From the NCBI GenBank assembly GCA_043814765.1, contig JBDRJQ010000029.1:1-64000 (forward strand): 64,000 nucleotides of DNA, in the 5' to 3' direction. Positions 39,951 through 50,446 of this stretch are shown one piece after another. Position 1 is the stretch's first letter, and each line of letters opens with the position of its first letter. The position numbers were made by a program, and so were the translations under genes. A model generated the notes under the pieces. The model saw only the letters and a program-made list of their open reading frames with translations, ran no database searches and was not told where the DNA came from. Source of the DNA: Nanobdellota archaeon (GTDB lineage: Archaea; Aenigmatarchaeota; Aenigmatarchaeia; QMZP01).

Positions 39951-42098
39951 ATGAGCTATACTTTGATAATAACAGAAAAACCAAGTGCAGCAGAAAAGAT
40001 AGCAAATGCGCTAGCAGAAGGCAAGATTGATAAAAAAACCAAAGGTAAAGTTAGCCATTACATAATTAACAGAAAGGGAGAAAAAATTGTTGTTGTTTCT
40101 GCTGTAGGGCATCTGTTTGTAATTGATGAAGAAGACAGCAAAATTAAATGGACTTATCCTGTCTTTAAAGTGAAATGGGTACCAACATTCACTGAAAAGG
40201 GTAGTGCATGGGCAAAACCTTATTATGAAAACATAAAAACACTCGCAAAGGGAGCAGACAATTTTGTTTCTGCATGCGATTATGACATAGAAGGTTCTAC
40301 CATAGCCTTCAATATTCTTAGATTCATTTGTGATACTGAAAAAGGTAGAAGAATGAAATTCTCTACGTTAACAAAAGAAGAGTTGATAGAGGCTTATGAA
40401 AAATCTTCTCCAACTCTGGACTTTCCGCAAATAGAAGCTGGCCTAACAAGACACCAGCTTGACTGGTATTTTGGTATAAACCTGTCGCGTGCTCTAACAT
40501 TATCAGTGGAGCATGTTGGTGGTTTTTGGACGCTTTCCACAGGCAGAGTTCAGGGACCAACACTTAAAATTCTTAATGAAAGAGAAAAGAGTATCGCAAA
40601 ATTCGTGCCAAAGCCTTACTGGGAAATAGAAGCCCATTGTTTATTGGGTGAAAAAAACGTAGAAGCTCATCACGAAAATGACAAGTTCTGGAAGAATGAT
40701 GAAGCTAATAAAATATTCAATAAATGCAAAGGTAAGAACGGTGTTGTGGATGATGTGAAGAAAACAACACAGAAGCAGAAGCCACCTGTTCCTTTTGACT
40801 TAACAACTCTTCAGCGAGACAGCTATAATCTTTTCAAGTACTCTCCTAAAATGACTCTGGATGTGGCTCAATCATTATACGAGCATGCACTAATAAGCTA
40901 TCCAAGAACATCCAGTCAGAAACTTCCTGCAAAGCTTGGTTTAAAGAAAATACTAACAGATCTTTCTAAGCAAAATGAGTACGCTGCTTACTGCAAAGAG
41001 CTTCTAGCTAAAAAAGAACTGAAGCCAAACGAAGGAAGCAAGACAGATTCTGCACACCCAAGCATATTCCCAACAGGTGTGGTTCCAAAGAAACTTAACA
41101 ACTACCAGAAGAGAATTTATGATCTTATTGTAAAACGGTTCTTTGCTGTATTTGGCGATCCTGCTATTCGTGAACATATATGTGTAAAGATAAACGTTAA
41201 TGACGAGATTTTCGTAACAAATGGTGTGAGAACTGTAAAAGCTAACTGGATAGATTTATACAAACCATACGCAAAATTCAAAGATCAAGTTCTTCCAGAA
41301 GTTAAGAACGGTGATAATGTAAAGATTAAAGACTTGAATCTTCTTGATAAGAAAACAGAGCCTCCTAACAGATACAGCCAGGCATCAATACTGAAGGAGA
41401 TGGAATCTTTAAGCCTTGGAACAAAAGCCACACGTGCAGGCATACTGCACACACTGTATGAGCGAGGTTATATAAGAGATGCCTCTATAAGCGTGACCAA
41501 GCTAGGACAGGCTGTCACATCAGCGCTTTCAAAACACTGCCCTGAAATAATCTCTGCTGAACTGACCAAAAGATTTGATCAGGAAATGGAAGACATACAA
41601 TCAGGCAAACAGAAAAGGGAAAAAATAATAAAGGATGCTGAGAAAGAGCTGACAAAAATATTAACAGATTTCAAAGCGCATGAGAAAGAGATAGGCAATG
41701 AGATGCTTGGAGCAATAAAGGAATACGAGCATATTCTGCACACTCTGGGACCATGCAACAAATGCAAAACAGGAGAGCTTCATATTATTCATTCGCCCAA
41801 AACCCATAAGAGATTCATAGGATGCACAGGCTATCCAAAATGTTCCAATTCACTGCCTCTACCACAGAGAGGATGGATAGAGGCAACAAAGAGAAAATGC
41901 AAAGACTGCGGTCTCTTCGAGCTGCTCGTAAAATCCAAGGGAAGAAGGCCATGGAACTTCTGTGCAAAGTGCGGTTATGAGAAGTACAAAGCAACTCTAG
42001 CAGCGAAAGCAAAGGCTGGAAAGACTGTTGTAATAAAAGGCGTTTCAAGCACAGTCAAAAATAAAGATGTTAAAGCTAGTTTTGCCAAGAAAAAATGA
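39951..42098 (+). CDS. topA: DNA topoisomerase I (type IA)
   Basis: ITEKP, DYDIEG, STGRVQ, ISYPRT, LGTKATR and C-terminal Zn ribbons. Confidence 0.97.
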   Translation: MSYTLIITEKPSAAEKIANALAEGKIDKKTKGKVSHYIINRKGEKIVVVSAVGHLFVIDEEDSKIKWTYPVFKVKWVPTFTEKGSAWAKPYYENIKTLAKGADNFVSACDYDIEGSTIAFNILRFICDTEKGRRMKFSTLTKEELIEAYEKSSPTLDFPQIEAGLTRHQLDWYFGINLSRALTLSVEHVGGFWTLSTGRVQGPTLKILNEREKSIAKFVPKPYWEIEAHCLLGEKNVEAHHENDKFWKNDEANKIFNKCKGKNGVVDDVKKTTQKQKPPVPFDLTTLQRDSYNLFKYSPKMTLDVAQSLYEHALISYPRTSSQKLPAKLGLKKILTDLSKQNEYAAYCKELLAKKELKPNEGSKTDSAHPSIFPTGVVPKKLNNYQKRIYDLIVKRFFAVFGDPAIREHICVKINVNDEIFVTNGVRTVKANWIDLYKPYAKFKDQVLPEVKNGDNVKIKDLNLLDKKTEPPNRYSQASILKEMESLSLGTKATRAGILHTLYERGYIRDASISVTKLGQAVTSALSKHCPEIISAELTKRFDQEMEDIQSGKQKREKIIKDAEKELTKILTDFKAHEKEIGNEMLGAIKEYEHILHTLGPCNKCKTGELHIIHSPKTHKRFIGCTGYPKCSNSLPLPQRGWIEATKRKCKDCGLFELLVKSKGRRPWNFCAKCGYEKYKATLAAKAKAGKTVVIKGVSSTVKNKDVKASFAKKK

Positions 42099-42101
42099 AT
42101 T

Positions 42102-45100
42102 TCAAATTTTAGAAGTTACTTCATCATCTGTTAATGGAGGTCCGCCAAAATCTCCTGCAGGTGGTCCTGGCCAGTATGCTGTCCAATCGGCATATTCAGC
42201 ATATGCGCTTATTCCTGCTCCAGTAGCCATTGTAGCATATATTGATGCCATCGCAATCCATCCTGCTCCTCCAGTTAGTATTCCAACTGCTAATACTCCG
42301 AGTGTTCCTACCGCTACACCAGTCCATTTTAATCCTGCTTGTCTTGCACCCAGAGGATTTACGCAGTAATTGTATTCTCCTCTTTCAACTGTCTCAAGTT
42401 TAGGAGTTATTACTATTGTTTCTGAAGCACACTTGGGATCTACAGAATAAGTGTCGAATGTACCATCTTCATCAACATCCGTAAGTATGAGCTTATAATC
42501 AATATCTCTAATGAAAACCCCTCCAACTTCATGGAATATGAACGTTATGGTTTCAAAAGAAGAGTCCAGTGGATCTTCTCCAATATCGGAATATATTCTT
42601 CCTGCATTCATTTCATCTTCAAAATCAACATTCTGGATATTGACTTTCATTGGGTCTTCCCTGCCAGGAATTTCTATGCTGAATTCCTTTGTATATATTC
42701 CATTATTAATTCTTTCTCCTTCCGAATTATCTGGATCTATATCAAATGTTGTCAAAAGATCTTCTCTTTTCAGGTTGAATAAATCGCTGATTGTCAGTTG
42801 CTGTCCATTGCGATTGCTACTTGGAGCGTTTATTTTAATTCCTCCAAAATTTATGCTTTCGAATATTTCATTAATTGAGCATGAAGGAACGTCTGAAGGG
42901 CAGGCATCAGTCCCAGCACTGCCTTCTGTAAATATTTTTGAATTCTCGCATGTCGATGCACCTTCTTCAATTATGCTTTCCCATTTGTTGTTGATGCCGA
43001 AAAAATTCACATCTTTGTAAACATATGTGTATAGCTGGCAGATTACACACTCATTTTCTTCTGTTCCTGGCACTATCTTATTAATTTCAAGTGTGTCAAT
43101 CTTGCATGGAGAGACAAGATGAAATGGCTTCCTTCTTTCGAAGCTGAATGTATCTGGGTCCCAATATATTATAACCGGTGTTCCTTTCATTTCATCAGGA
43201 AGTTTGTAAACAACCTCTTTATTGAAAGGCTCTTTGAGAACTATTGAATTCGCATGCTGGTTGTATTTTGCATTATAGCTGTCTACAATAGAAGCTGCCC
43301 ATGTAGCTCCGCCAACCGTCAGTCCAACTAAAGCACCAGCAACCGTTCTCTTGCTCAAAACTAACTTTACACCATTGATTCCAATATTAAGAGCCCTCGT
43401 CTTAAAGGCATTTATGAGATTATCTCTAAGGAATTTTCCTGCGGCATTTTTTAAGGCCATGCCAATTATTTGAGATCTAGTAAGCGATAAACCTTTTAAT
43501 GCGGCCTTTTCAGCGGCATATTTTACTCCAAGATTAGCAACTCCATTTGCTACTGTACCTACAACTTTGCCTATGGGTATTGCCGTAAGAAGAGCCAAAC
43601 CTGCTGCTAATTTCCAGTTAGGTTTGTATGTCCAGGTGTCTTGGTCTGCTGGGAACTCCTGCCAATAAATTATGTATTCCGGGTCTCCATATTTTGCTAT
43701 GAACTTGTCTTGCCATTTGTTAACCTCTTCAATGGTTTGTGGTAAATATATGTTTTTTATTATGCAAGTATCAAAATTTTCAGGTAAAATAAAAAATGAA
43801 TTTTGTGTAATTATAGAATTAGGTGTTCCATAAATCTTAGAAAAGTCTTTTCCGCTGATACTAGTCTTTCCAGAAAACAAACAATTAACATTAGTTGTTT
43901 CTGTTGATAAACTTTCTCCTTGAACACCAAAAAATCTTTCACACCTTTTTGGATAGTTTGGAACTTCGTTCATTAACTCGTCAGCTATTACATTAATATC
44001 ACCTAAAGTTTCATGCCTGTAAGTTTCTGATATTCCATTTGAATATTCTATACGTATTTCATGATTTGAAGAAGCATCTAAAGCTAGCACACTAAAAAGC
44101 TTTTTAATTCCCTCTTTATAGTCATTTTTATATGACCATAAAAGGTCTGCTATAGTTGCATAATGAACACCATCAGTTGGGGTATCTAAATCAAATTTGA
44201 AATAGGATTTTTTAGGATCTTCGTCTCCAAATCTTTCATATTTTGTTGCACCTTCGAAAAAATCGTTATTGCATCCAGGACATCGCCATATCCATTCCTT
44301 ATTCTTTGCATCAAAATAATAATATATATCCTTAGTTGCACCCGATACGAAATTATCTTTATCGTCATAGATGAAGTGCGGCATTATTCGTTCACAATTA
44401 TTATCATCAATATAAAATGGGTCTGGTAATGTTGTTATATGCATAGGCTCAGCGTCAATTACTGGCAACAAAGCAAGGGTGAAACCTCTCTCTATTTGAC
44501 TGTTAATACAATTATTGGAAACTCCATCCGTATACTGAATATCGGATAAACTTATTATATGATAGTTCGATATGGTATCTACTGTATCCAAAACTCTTAC
44601 TAAATCCCCTCTTTTTAATTCACAAAAAACATCATCAAAATTTACTTCGTCGTAAAGATTTCCATCTGTTTCAAAATATATACTGGCTTTTTCTCTTTCA
44701 TTAGGTCCTGAAGAACCATCAAGAGTCATTGGTTTAATCACATACCAATATTCTTCTAGCTGTAAATCTATTTTTTCTTCCTTACCAGTAATTTCTTCAT
44801 CATTTACAGCTGTTGGGGATAATAAGAACCCACCTAATATACCAGATAACCCTGATTCATCTTCATTATTCTCTGCAAAATCGTTATTCTCTTTAAGAGC
44901 ATCCACAACACCTCCACCAACAACAACATCTGCACCACATGGAGTATTCATATCACCAGTAACTGTCCATGTCAATGCACAGTGTATGGCTTCTGCAGCT
45001 ACTGTTGCACTATCGTCGGAAAAACCAGTTGTCTTTCCGCACATCTCTGGATATCTCAAACAAAGATCTTGATATAAACCGTATCCTAAAACAACGACGC

Positions 45101-45257
45101 CTATTATTATTGCTACTACGACGATGAATGAAACAACCTGTAGAATAATATCAGCTGCTGGTTTGGTCATTGCCCACTCGGATTGTTTTAAAGGTCTGCG
45201 AATGTTTCCTTTAGAAAAAACACTATTAGAATTTAAGTTCAATCCGGTAATTCGCAT
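42102..45257 (-). CDS. Large membrane-associated hypothetical protein (start may be 45170)
   Basis: 1051-aa ORF with N-terminal TM and several Gly/Ala-rich hydrophobic segments. Confidence 0.85.
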   Translation of the reverse strand: MRITGLNLNSNSVFSKGNIRRPLKQSEWAMTKPAADIILQVVSFIVVVAIIIGVVVLGYGLYQDLCLRYPEMCGKTTGFSDDSATVAAEAIHCALTWTVTGDMNTPCGADVVVGGGVVDALKENNDFAENNEDESGLSGILGGFLLSPTAVNDEEITGKEEKIDLQLEEYWYVIKPMTLDGSSGPNEREKASIYFETDGNLYDEVNFDDVFCELKRGDLVRVLDTVDTISNYHIISLSDIQYTDGVSNNCINSQIERGFTLALLPVIDAEPMHITTLPDPFYIDDNNCERIMPHFIYDDKDNFVSGATKDIYYYFDAKNKEWIWRCPGCNNDFFEGATKYERFGDEDPKKSYFKFDLDTPTDGVHYATIADLLWSYKNDYKEGIKKLFSVLALDASSNHEIRIEYSNGISETYRHETLGDINVIADELMNEVPNYPKRCERFFGVQGESLSTETTNVNCLFSGKTSISGKDFSKIYGTPNSIITQNSFFILPENFDTCIIKNIYLPQTIEEVNKWQDKFIAKYGDPEYIIYWQEFPADQDTWTYKPNWKLAAGLALLTAIPIGKVVGTVANGVANLGVKYAAEKAALKGLSLTRSQIIGMALKNAAGKFLRDNLINAFKTRALNIGINGVKLVLSKRTVAGALVGLTVGGATWAASIVDSYNAKYNQHANSIVLKEPFNKEVVYKLPDEMKGTPVIIYWDPDTFSFERRKPFHLVSPCKIDTLEINKIVPGTEENECVICQLYTYVYKDVNFFGINNKWESIIEEGASTCENSKIFTEGSAGTDACPSDVPSCSINEIFESINFGGIKINAPSSNRNGQQLTISDLFNLKREDLLTTFDIDPDNSEGERINNGIYTKEFSIEIPGREDPMKVNIQNVDFEDEMNAGRIYSDIGEDPLDSSFETITFIFHEVGGVFIRDIDYKLILTDVDEDGTFDTYSVDPKCASETIVITPKLETVERGEYNYCVNPLGARQAGLKWTGVAVGTLGVLAVGILTGGAGWIAMASIYATMATGAGISAYAEYADWTAYWPGPPAGDFGGPPLTDDEVTSKI

Positions 45258-45332
45258 AATATATTATTGGATTATACTTTATATTAATGCTCTGATAACA
45301 GTTAATTAGGTATGTTGTTTAGCGGTGCAACC

Positions 45333-45575
45333 ATGACAAAGAAGTGGACAAAGGAAGAGAGAAAGGAAAATACCAGATCAAAATTCTATAAGAGAAGAGA
45401 GAAGCTCTTGACTGTTTTTTTCATAGCAATAATCTTCATAGTGTTATTAGCTGCATTATCTTTTGCTATACAGATAACCAATTTTGCTCTGATAGCTCTG
45501 CTTGTTTTGCTGTTGATTGTTTTGGTGCCATTCTCTATTTTTGTAACGGATACAATCTTTTTTGAGACTGAGTAA
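45333..45575 (+). CDS. Small two-TM membrane protein
   Basis: Basic N-terminus followed by two hydrophobic helices. Confidence 0.65.
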   Translation: MTKKWTKEERKENTRSKFYKRREKLLTVFFIAIIFIVLLAALSFAIQITNFALIALLVLLLIVLVPFSIFVTDTIFFETE

Positions 45576-45604
45576 ACCTTTTTCAGAAAAGGTCTTATCT
45601 CCAA
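45574..45604 (+). repeat. Dispersed palindromic repeat copy heading a hairpin array
   Basis: AAACCTTTTTCAGAAAAGGTCTTATCTCCAA. Confidence 0.65.
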
Positions 45605-45753
45605 TATAATGGAGTAAGAGATAATCTCTAACTCAATATGATAGGAGATTATATCTCATCTCAAATCTCAATGAATGAGGGATGGTCTCTGCGCTCATTA
45701 TAATGTGAGACGCAGATTTAATCCAAAAGGAGCTAACGCTTCCTAAATAGAAT

Positions 45754-46734
45754 TTATTGCTGACTGTTTAGGATTATCTTCTTTATTTCAATAGGCTCCT
45801 TGTTGCTTGGTTCTCTGATAGCCTTTCTTAGCATAATAAGTCTTTTCTTTGGTCCTGGAATAGAGCCGTGTAGTAGCATGTAGTCTCCTTTAACTTCGCC
45901 GTATTTCAAGAAACCGCCTTTAGGTGTTATGTCTCCTTTACCAATCTTCAGGACGCGCTTGTTGTATTCTGTTCTTGTTTGGAAACCGAGCTGACCAGGC
46001 ATTGCAATCTTTCCTGGAAACACTCTGCCCTGTCCAACAGAACCTATGTTTCCAATATGCCTTCTCTTTTTTTCGTGCTTTCTTCCGCGGATTGTGACAC
46101 CGAACCTTTTTACAGGTCCTTGAAAACCTTTTCCTGTGGTTACTGCTCTAACATCAGTCCACTCGCCTTCCTTGAAGACTTCCTCTGGTTTTATTTCTTT
46201 TCCAAGCTTCTCTTTGGCGTAATTCCACTTGTCTTCTAGCTTGCCGCCAAGATTCAGTTCAAACAACTCTGGTGTCTTTTTGCCAAAAGCATCTCTTGGC
46301 TTTGTGCAAACCAGAAGTCTTAAATTAAAATGATTGCTTATATCGCTGTTCATTTGTTCAATGTCTTTTTTGTTGTCATTTTTTTCTCTTATAGGTGTTT
46401 TACGATTCAGGTCTTTGGGTAATTTTTCAGCCCAGATAGTTTTTGTGTTTTTGAGGCCATAAGCTGTCTTTTTGTAAGTCTTTATTCCGCAAACAATTAT
46501 TGAAGGGCATTCTAAAACAGAAACAGCCTCTGTAATATCATGACCGTTTGTCGGTGAGTTTTTACGGTTGTCTGTATAAATTACCTGTACCATTCCTGCC
46601 TTGTAGCATGCAAAGTTTAGTGGCACTGCTTCTGATGAATCAACATTACTCTTAAAGCTACTATATATCCTCTTTGCCCTTTTCTTTGGCCAGTATGCAC
46701 GAGAACCGGCAACTGGTTTGTGTCCCTTAGCCAT
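45754..46734 (-). CDS. rpl3: 50S ribosomal protein L3
   Basis: GSRAYWPKKRA, YKAGM, GKGFQGPVKR, RTEYNKR. Confidence 0.96.
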   Translation of the reverse strand: MAKGHKPVAGSRAYWPKKRAKRIYSSFKSNVDSSEAVPLNFACYKAGMVQVIYTDNRKNSPTNGHDITEAVSVLECPSIIVCGIKTYKKTAYGLKNTKTIWAEKLPKDLNRKTPIREKNDNKKDIEQMNSDISNHFNLRLLVCTKPRDAFGKKTPELFELNLGGKLEDKWNYAKEKLGKEIKPEEVFKEGEWTDVRAVTTGKGFQGPVKRFGVTIRGRKHEKKRRHIGNIGSVGQGRVFPGKIAMPGQLGFQTRTEYNKRVLKIGKGDITPKGGFLKYGEVKGDYMLLHGSIPGPKKRLIMLRKAIREPSNKEPIEIKKIILNSQQ

Positions 46735-46767
46735 AATATCTAATTCCCTAATTACATTTAATTTTCT

Positions 46768-47361
46768 TTAAATTCTCCTGCCACGCCTTCCGCCTGGTTT
46801 TCTTGTGTGATCATGGGGTATTGGTGTAACATCTTCTATATTGCCTATGCGCAATCCTGTACGAACAAGTGCTCTTATGGCAGGCTGTGCACCCTGCCCA
46901 GGCATCTTTCTTTTATGCCCTCCAGGCGCTCTAACCCTTAGATTAACACCCACTATTCCTTTAGTAAGTGCTTCGCTTGCAACTTTCTTCGCAATAAGCA
47001 TTGCAGGAAATGCTGATCCCTTGTCTTTGTCTTTTTGTGTAACCATACCACCAGAGCATATTGATATTGTCTCTGCTCCTGTTATGTCTGTTATATGAAC
47101 TATAGTGTTGTTGTTTGATGAGTAAATATGAGCCACTCCCCATTTTCCTTCTTTCTTAGGTGGACTAAATCTTTCAGTTCTTCTATCAAACCTTCTTGGT
47201 CCATTTTCATTAGAAGTAGTGTTTTCTTCACTTTTTGATTCTACTTTTGGTTCTGCTTTCTTCTCTTCCTTAGGAATTTCTTTTTTTTCTGCAGGTTTGG
47301 ATACAGTCTTTTCTAAAGGCTGATTAGGCTTCTCTTCCTTTTTTGGTATTTTTTCTGCCAT
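46768..47361 (-). CDS. rps11: 30S ribosomal protein S11 with N-terminal extension
   Basis: [13 protein letters not shown] and [10 protein letters not shown]...GGRRGRR. Confidence 0.96.
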   Translation of the reverse strand: MAEKIPKKEEKPNQPLEKTVSKPAEKKEIPKEEKKAEPKVESKSEENTTSNENGPRRFDRRTERFSPPKKEGKWGVAHIYSSNNNTIVHITDITGAETISICSGGMVTQKDKDKGSAFPAMLIAKKVASEALTKGIVGVNLRVRAPGGHKRKMPGQGAQPAIRALVRTGLRIGNIEDVTPIPHDHTRKPGGRRGRRI

Positions 47362-47362
47362 A

Positions 47363-47833
47363 TTATTTCCTCATCTTTGAATTTTCTTGAAATGCTATTT
47401 TATTCTCCTCTTCAAGAGGAACTAAATATGAAGGAAACACTATCCTTCTGTCATCTATAACAATATGACCGTGTGTTATCATCTGTCTTGACTGTTTTGG
47501 CGTTTTAGCCAATCCTTTGTTTTTCAAAATTGTTTGAAGTCTTCTATTAAGAATATCAGTAACTTGTAAAGCAAGAACATTATCAAGATCCTTTGTTCCC
47601 TTAACTAGACCCAGCTTGGAAAGTTTGTCTAAAAGAAGCTTCTCCTTTTCTTCGTTTTTCTCTCCAATTAAAGCTCTTGCTCTCTGACGAAAATTACGCA
47701 AAATAGCCTCTGCTGAACGAAGCTCTTTTTTTCTCTGTAAACCATAAGTGTTCATTAGCGTTCTCTCTTCTTTTATCTGAACCTTGTTCCAAGGCGCTCT
47801 TGGTTTCTTGGTTTTCTTTCTTATCTTTCTCAT
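47363..47833 (-). CDS. rps4: 30S ribosomal protein S4
   Basis: [19 protein letters not shown]. Confidence 0.96.
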   Translation of the reverse strand: MRKIRKKTKKPRAPWNKVQIKEERTLMNTYGLQRKKELRSAEAILRNFRQRARALIGEKNEEKEKLLLDKLSKLGLVKGTKDLDNVLALQVTDILNRRLQTILKNKGLAKTPKQSRQMITHGHIVIDDRRIVFPSYLVPLEEENKIAFQENSKMRK

Positions 47834-47841
47834 ACAAACAC

Positions 47842-48372
47842 CTATTTACTTCTAGCCTTTCTCTTTACACCAACTGCCTTGCCTTTTCTGAATGATCCTC
47901 TGGTTCTCTGTCCACGTACAGTCAATCCAAGACCATGTCTTATGCCTCTATAGCTTCTTATTTTTTTCATCGCGTCAACGTCTGTTCTCTTTCTCATGTC
48001 TAGACGTGACACAGAAAGATGCTCAGTAACACCTGTTAAAGGATCGTTTTTTCTATTGAAAAGCCAATTTGGTATTCCATATTTCTGAGGATTAATGATA
48101 ATGTCTTCTAGTTTCTTTAGTTCTTCTTCGTTTAATAATCCAACCTTTTTGTCAGGATATGGATATTTAGAAACAATGGCATTGCTGAACATGAATGAAA
48201 TGCCTTTTATTTTTCTTATAGCAGATTTAACAGGTTTTGTACCATCTAAATTTGTCTCAACTAAACGTATAATTTGTTGTACATCTTCTGCAGGCTTACC
48301 CTCTTTCTGAGGATGGGCCTTTTCCGGAGGTTTTCCCCCAGCTTCAACGGCTTTGTCCTCTGCCATACTCAT
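47842..48372 (-). CDS. rps13: 30S ribosomal protein S13
   Basis: IPNWLFNR and YRGIRH.LGLTVRGQRT. Confidence 0.96.
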   Translation of the reverse strand: MSMAEDKAVEAGGKPPEKAHPQKEGKPAEDVQQIIRLVETNLDGTKPVKSAIRKIKGISFMFSNAIVSKYPYPDKKVGLLNEEELKKLEDIIINPQKYGIPNWLFNRKNDPLTGVTEHLSVSRLDMRKRTDVDAMKKIRSYRGIRHGLGLTVRGQRTRGSFRKGKAVGVKRKARSK

Positions 48373-48536
48373 TAATTCCTTGTTTATGTTTGTTGATTAT
48401 TATAAAGACAGCTATATGCATTTTATTAGCTGTCAACAATATCCTGTATTTGATTAGTAGTTAACTTATTAAGCTGTAATAACATTTAAATTTACTTATA
48501 TATATAAAAAGCTATTCATTGGTAGATAGTGGTATT

Positions 48537-49328
48537 ATGAAAATTCCTGTGTATGGTTTGGAAGGGAAGGTAACATCTCATATAGATGTTAAAAGATTAT
48601 TTTCTGAACCTGTGAGGAAGGATCTGATAAAAAGAGCTGTTTTAGCTGAAAAGTCTATGGAAAGACAGGCATACGGTACAGATCCTATGGCTGGCAAGAG
48701 AACTTCTGCGCACTATCATGGCAGCAGACATTACAAGCATAGTATGATGAATCGCGAGATGGCAAGAATGAAGAGGATTCACGGTTCTGGTTTTTTGAGC
48801 ATGAGAGCTCGTTTTGTTCCTCAGGCTGTAAAGGGTAGAAAAGCTCACCCTCCAAAAGCTGAGAAGGTTTGGAAACTGAAAATAAACAAGAAAGAGCATC
48901 TGAAAGCTCTAATGTCTGCAATAACAGCAAGCTCTGTAAAGGATATTATTGCTGAAAGAGGACACCGAATAGAAGATGTAAAGCATGTTCCCTTAGTATT
49001 TGATGATTCCTTTGAGAAATTAAAGAAGGTTAAAGAAGTTATAGCAGCATTAGAACACGCAGGTTTAAAGGAAGAGATAGAAAGAGTAAAAGAAAAGAAG
49101 ATTCGTTCTGGTAAAGGAACCATGAGGGGAAGGAAATACAAGAAAAGGAAAGGCCCTATTATAATAGTAAACAATGATGATTTGATAAGCAAGACTGCAA
49201 GAAACCTTTCTGGTTTCGATGTTGTAGTAGCAAAGAATCTATGTGTTGATTCTCTTGCACCAGGAACAGAACCTGGTCGTTTATGTGTTTGGACAAAATC
49301 AGCAATAGAAAGCCTTGATAAGAGTTAA
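48537..49328 (+). CDS. rpl4: 50S ribosomal protein L4
   Basis: DPMAGKRTSA, GRKAHPPK, LAPG..PGRL. Confidence 0.96.
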   Translation: MKIPVYGLEGKVTSHIDVKRLFSEPVRKDLIKRAVLAEKSMERQAYGTDPMAGKRTSAHYHGSRHYKHSMMNREMARMKRIHGSGFLSMRARFVPQAVKGRKAHPPKAEKVWKLKINKKEHLKALMSAITASSVKDIIAERGHRIEDVKHVPLVFDDSFEKLKKVKEVIAALEHAGLKEEIERVKEKKIRSGKGTMRGRKYKKRKGPIIIVNNDDLISKTARNLSGFDVVVAKNLCVDSLAPGTEPGRLCVWTKSAIESLDKS

Positions 49329-49396
49329 AAAAGTGCTTTTTCTCTATAAACCTTTTATATATAATTATATTAATTCATCTATTACTATTGATTGAT

Positions 49397-49732
49397 ATGG
49401 CTGAAAAGAAGGTTAAAGCAGTGAAGAAGGAAGTTCCTAAAGAGGAACCTAAAAAAGTTAGTGCTGAAATTACCAATGAATGGGATGTTTTAATATATCC
49501 TCATCTAGCAGAAAAATCAATGAACATGATAGAACTTGAAAATAAATTAATATTCGTAGTTAAACGCAACGCCAAGAAAAGCCAGATAAAAGAAGCTCTT
49601 GAAAAAGGATTTAACATAAAAGTACTGGAAATAAACACAGAAATAACAAAGAGTGGTGAAAAGAAAGCTTATGCTAAACTGCATCCTGACAGTTCGGCTA
49701 TTGATATCGCTACCAGGATGGGAATGATATAA
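49397..49732 (+). CDS. rpl23: 50S ribosomal protein L23
   Basis: ENKLIFVV, KKAY, AIDIATRMG. Confidence 0.95.
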   Translation: MAEKKVKAVKKEVPKEEPKKVSAEITNEWDVLIYPHLAEKSMNMIELENKLIFVVKRNAKKSQIKEALEKGFNIKVLEINTEITKSGEKKAYAKLHPDSSAIDIATRMGMI

Positions 49733-49760
49733 ACCTTTTGAAAAAAGGTTTAATCCAAAA
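49731..49760 (+). repeat. Dispersed palindromic repeat copy between rpl23 and rpl2
   Basis: AAACCTTTTGAAAAAAGGTTTAATCCAAAA. Confidence 0.75.
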
Positions 49761-49775
49761 CATTATGGTGATAAA

Positions 49776-50444
49776 ATGGGTAAGAGAATAATTGCACAAA
49801 GACGTGGAAGAGGTACATCAACATACAGGGTACCGGAATATTCGTTTAAACCAAGGATTATATACAAAAACCAAAAAGGCAAGGTTATTGATATTGTTAC
49901 AGATAGAATACACAATGCTCCTTTAATTGAAATATTATACGAAGACAAGTCAAAGGGTTACATTGTTGCTCCTGAGGGCATAAAAGTCGGTGATGAAATA
50001 AATGACATCGTAAAACCGCTTTCGAAGATAGAAGAAGGAACTCGGGTATTTGCTATAGAGAGTTATCCAAACTCTGGTCCTAAGTTCTGCAGAACAGCAG
50101 GATCATCTGCAGTTGTTGTTTCAAAGGACAAGAAAAACGTTATAATTGAATTCCCTTCAAAGAAAATCAAAAAACTTAATATTAATTGCAGGGTAACAGT
50201 TGGTATACCAGCAGGCGAAGGCAGAAGAGAAAAGCCTTGGGTCAAGGCCGGTAAGAAATGGATTGCAATGCATAAACGAGGAAAACTATACCCAAGAACT
50301 TCAGCAAAGGCAATGAACGCTGTTGATCATCCTTTCGGTGGTGGTGGAATAGGTAAAGCAAGACCTCCTGTATCAAGAAATGCTCCTCCTGGAAGAAAGG
50401 TTGGAACACTGGCTTCGAAGAGAACGGGTAGGAAAAAGAGGTAA
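49776..50444 (+). CDS. rpl2: 50S ribosomal protein L2
   Basis: [13 protein letters not shown] and [11 protein letters not shown]. Confidence 0.97.
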   Translation: MGKRIIAQRRGRGTSTYRVPEYSFKPRIIYKNQKGKVIDIVTDRIHNAPLIEILYEDKSKGYIVAPEGIKVGDEINDIVKPLSKIEEGTRVFAIESYPNSGPKFCRTAGSSAVVVSKDKKNVIIEFPSKKIKKLNINCRVTVGIPAGEGRREKPWVKAGKKWIAMHKRGKLYPRTSAKAMNAVDHPFGGGGIGKARPPVSRNAPPGRKVGTLASKRTGRKKR

Positions 50445-50446
50445 AT

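Noticed and set aside
45574..45750. CRISPR array
   Set aside because: Units are too degenerate, have no unique spacers, and no cas genes are present.
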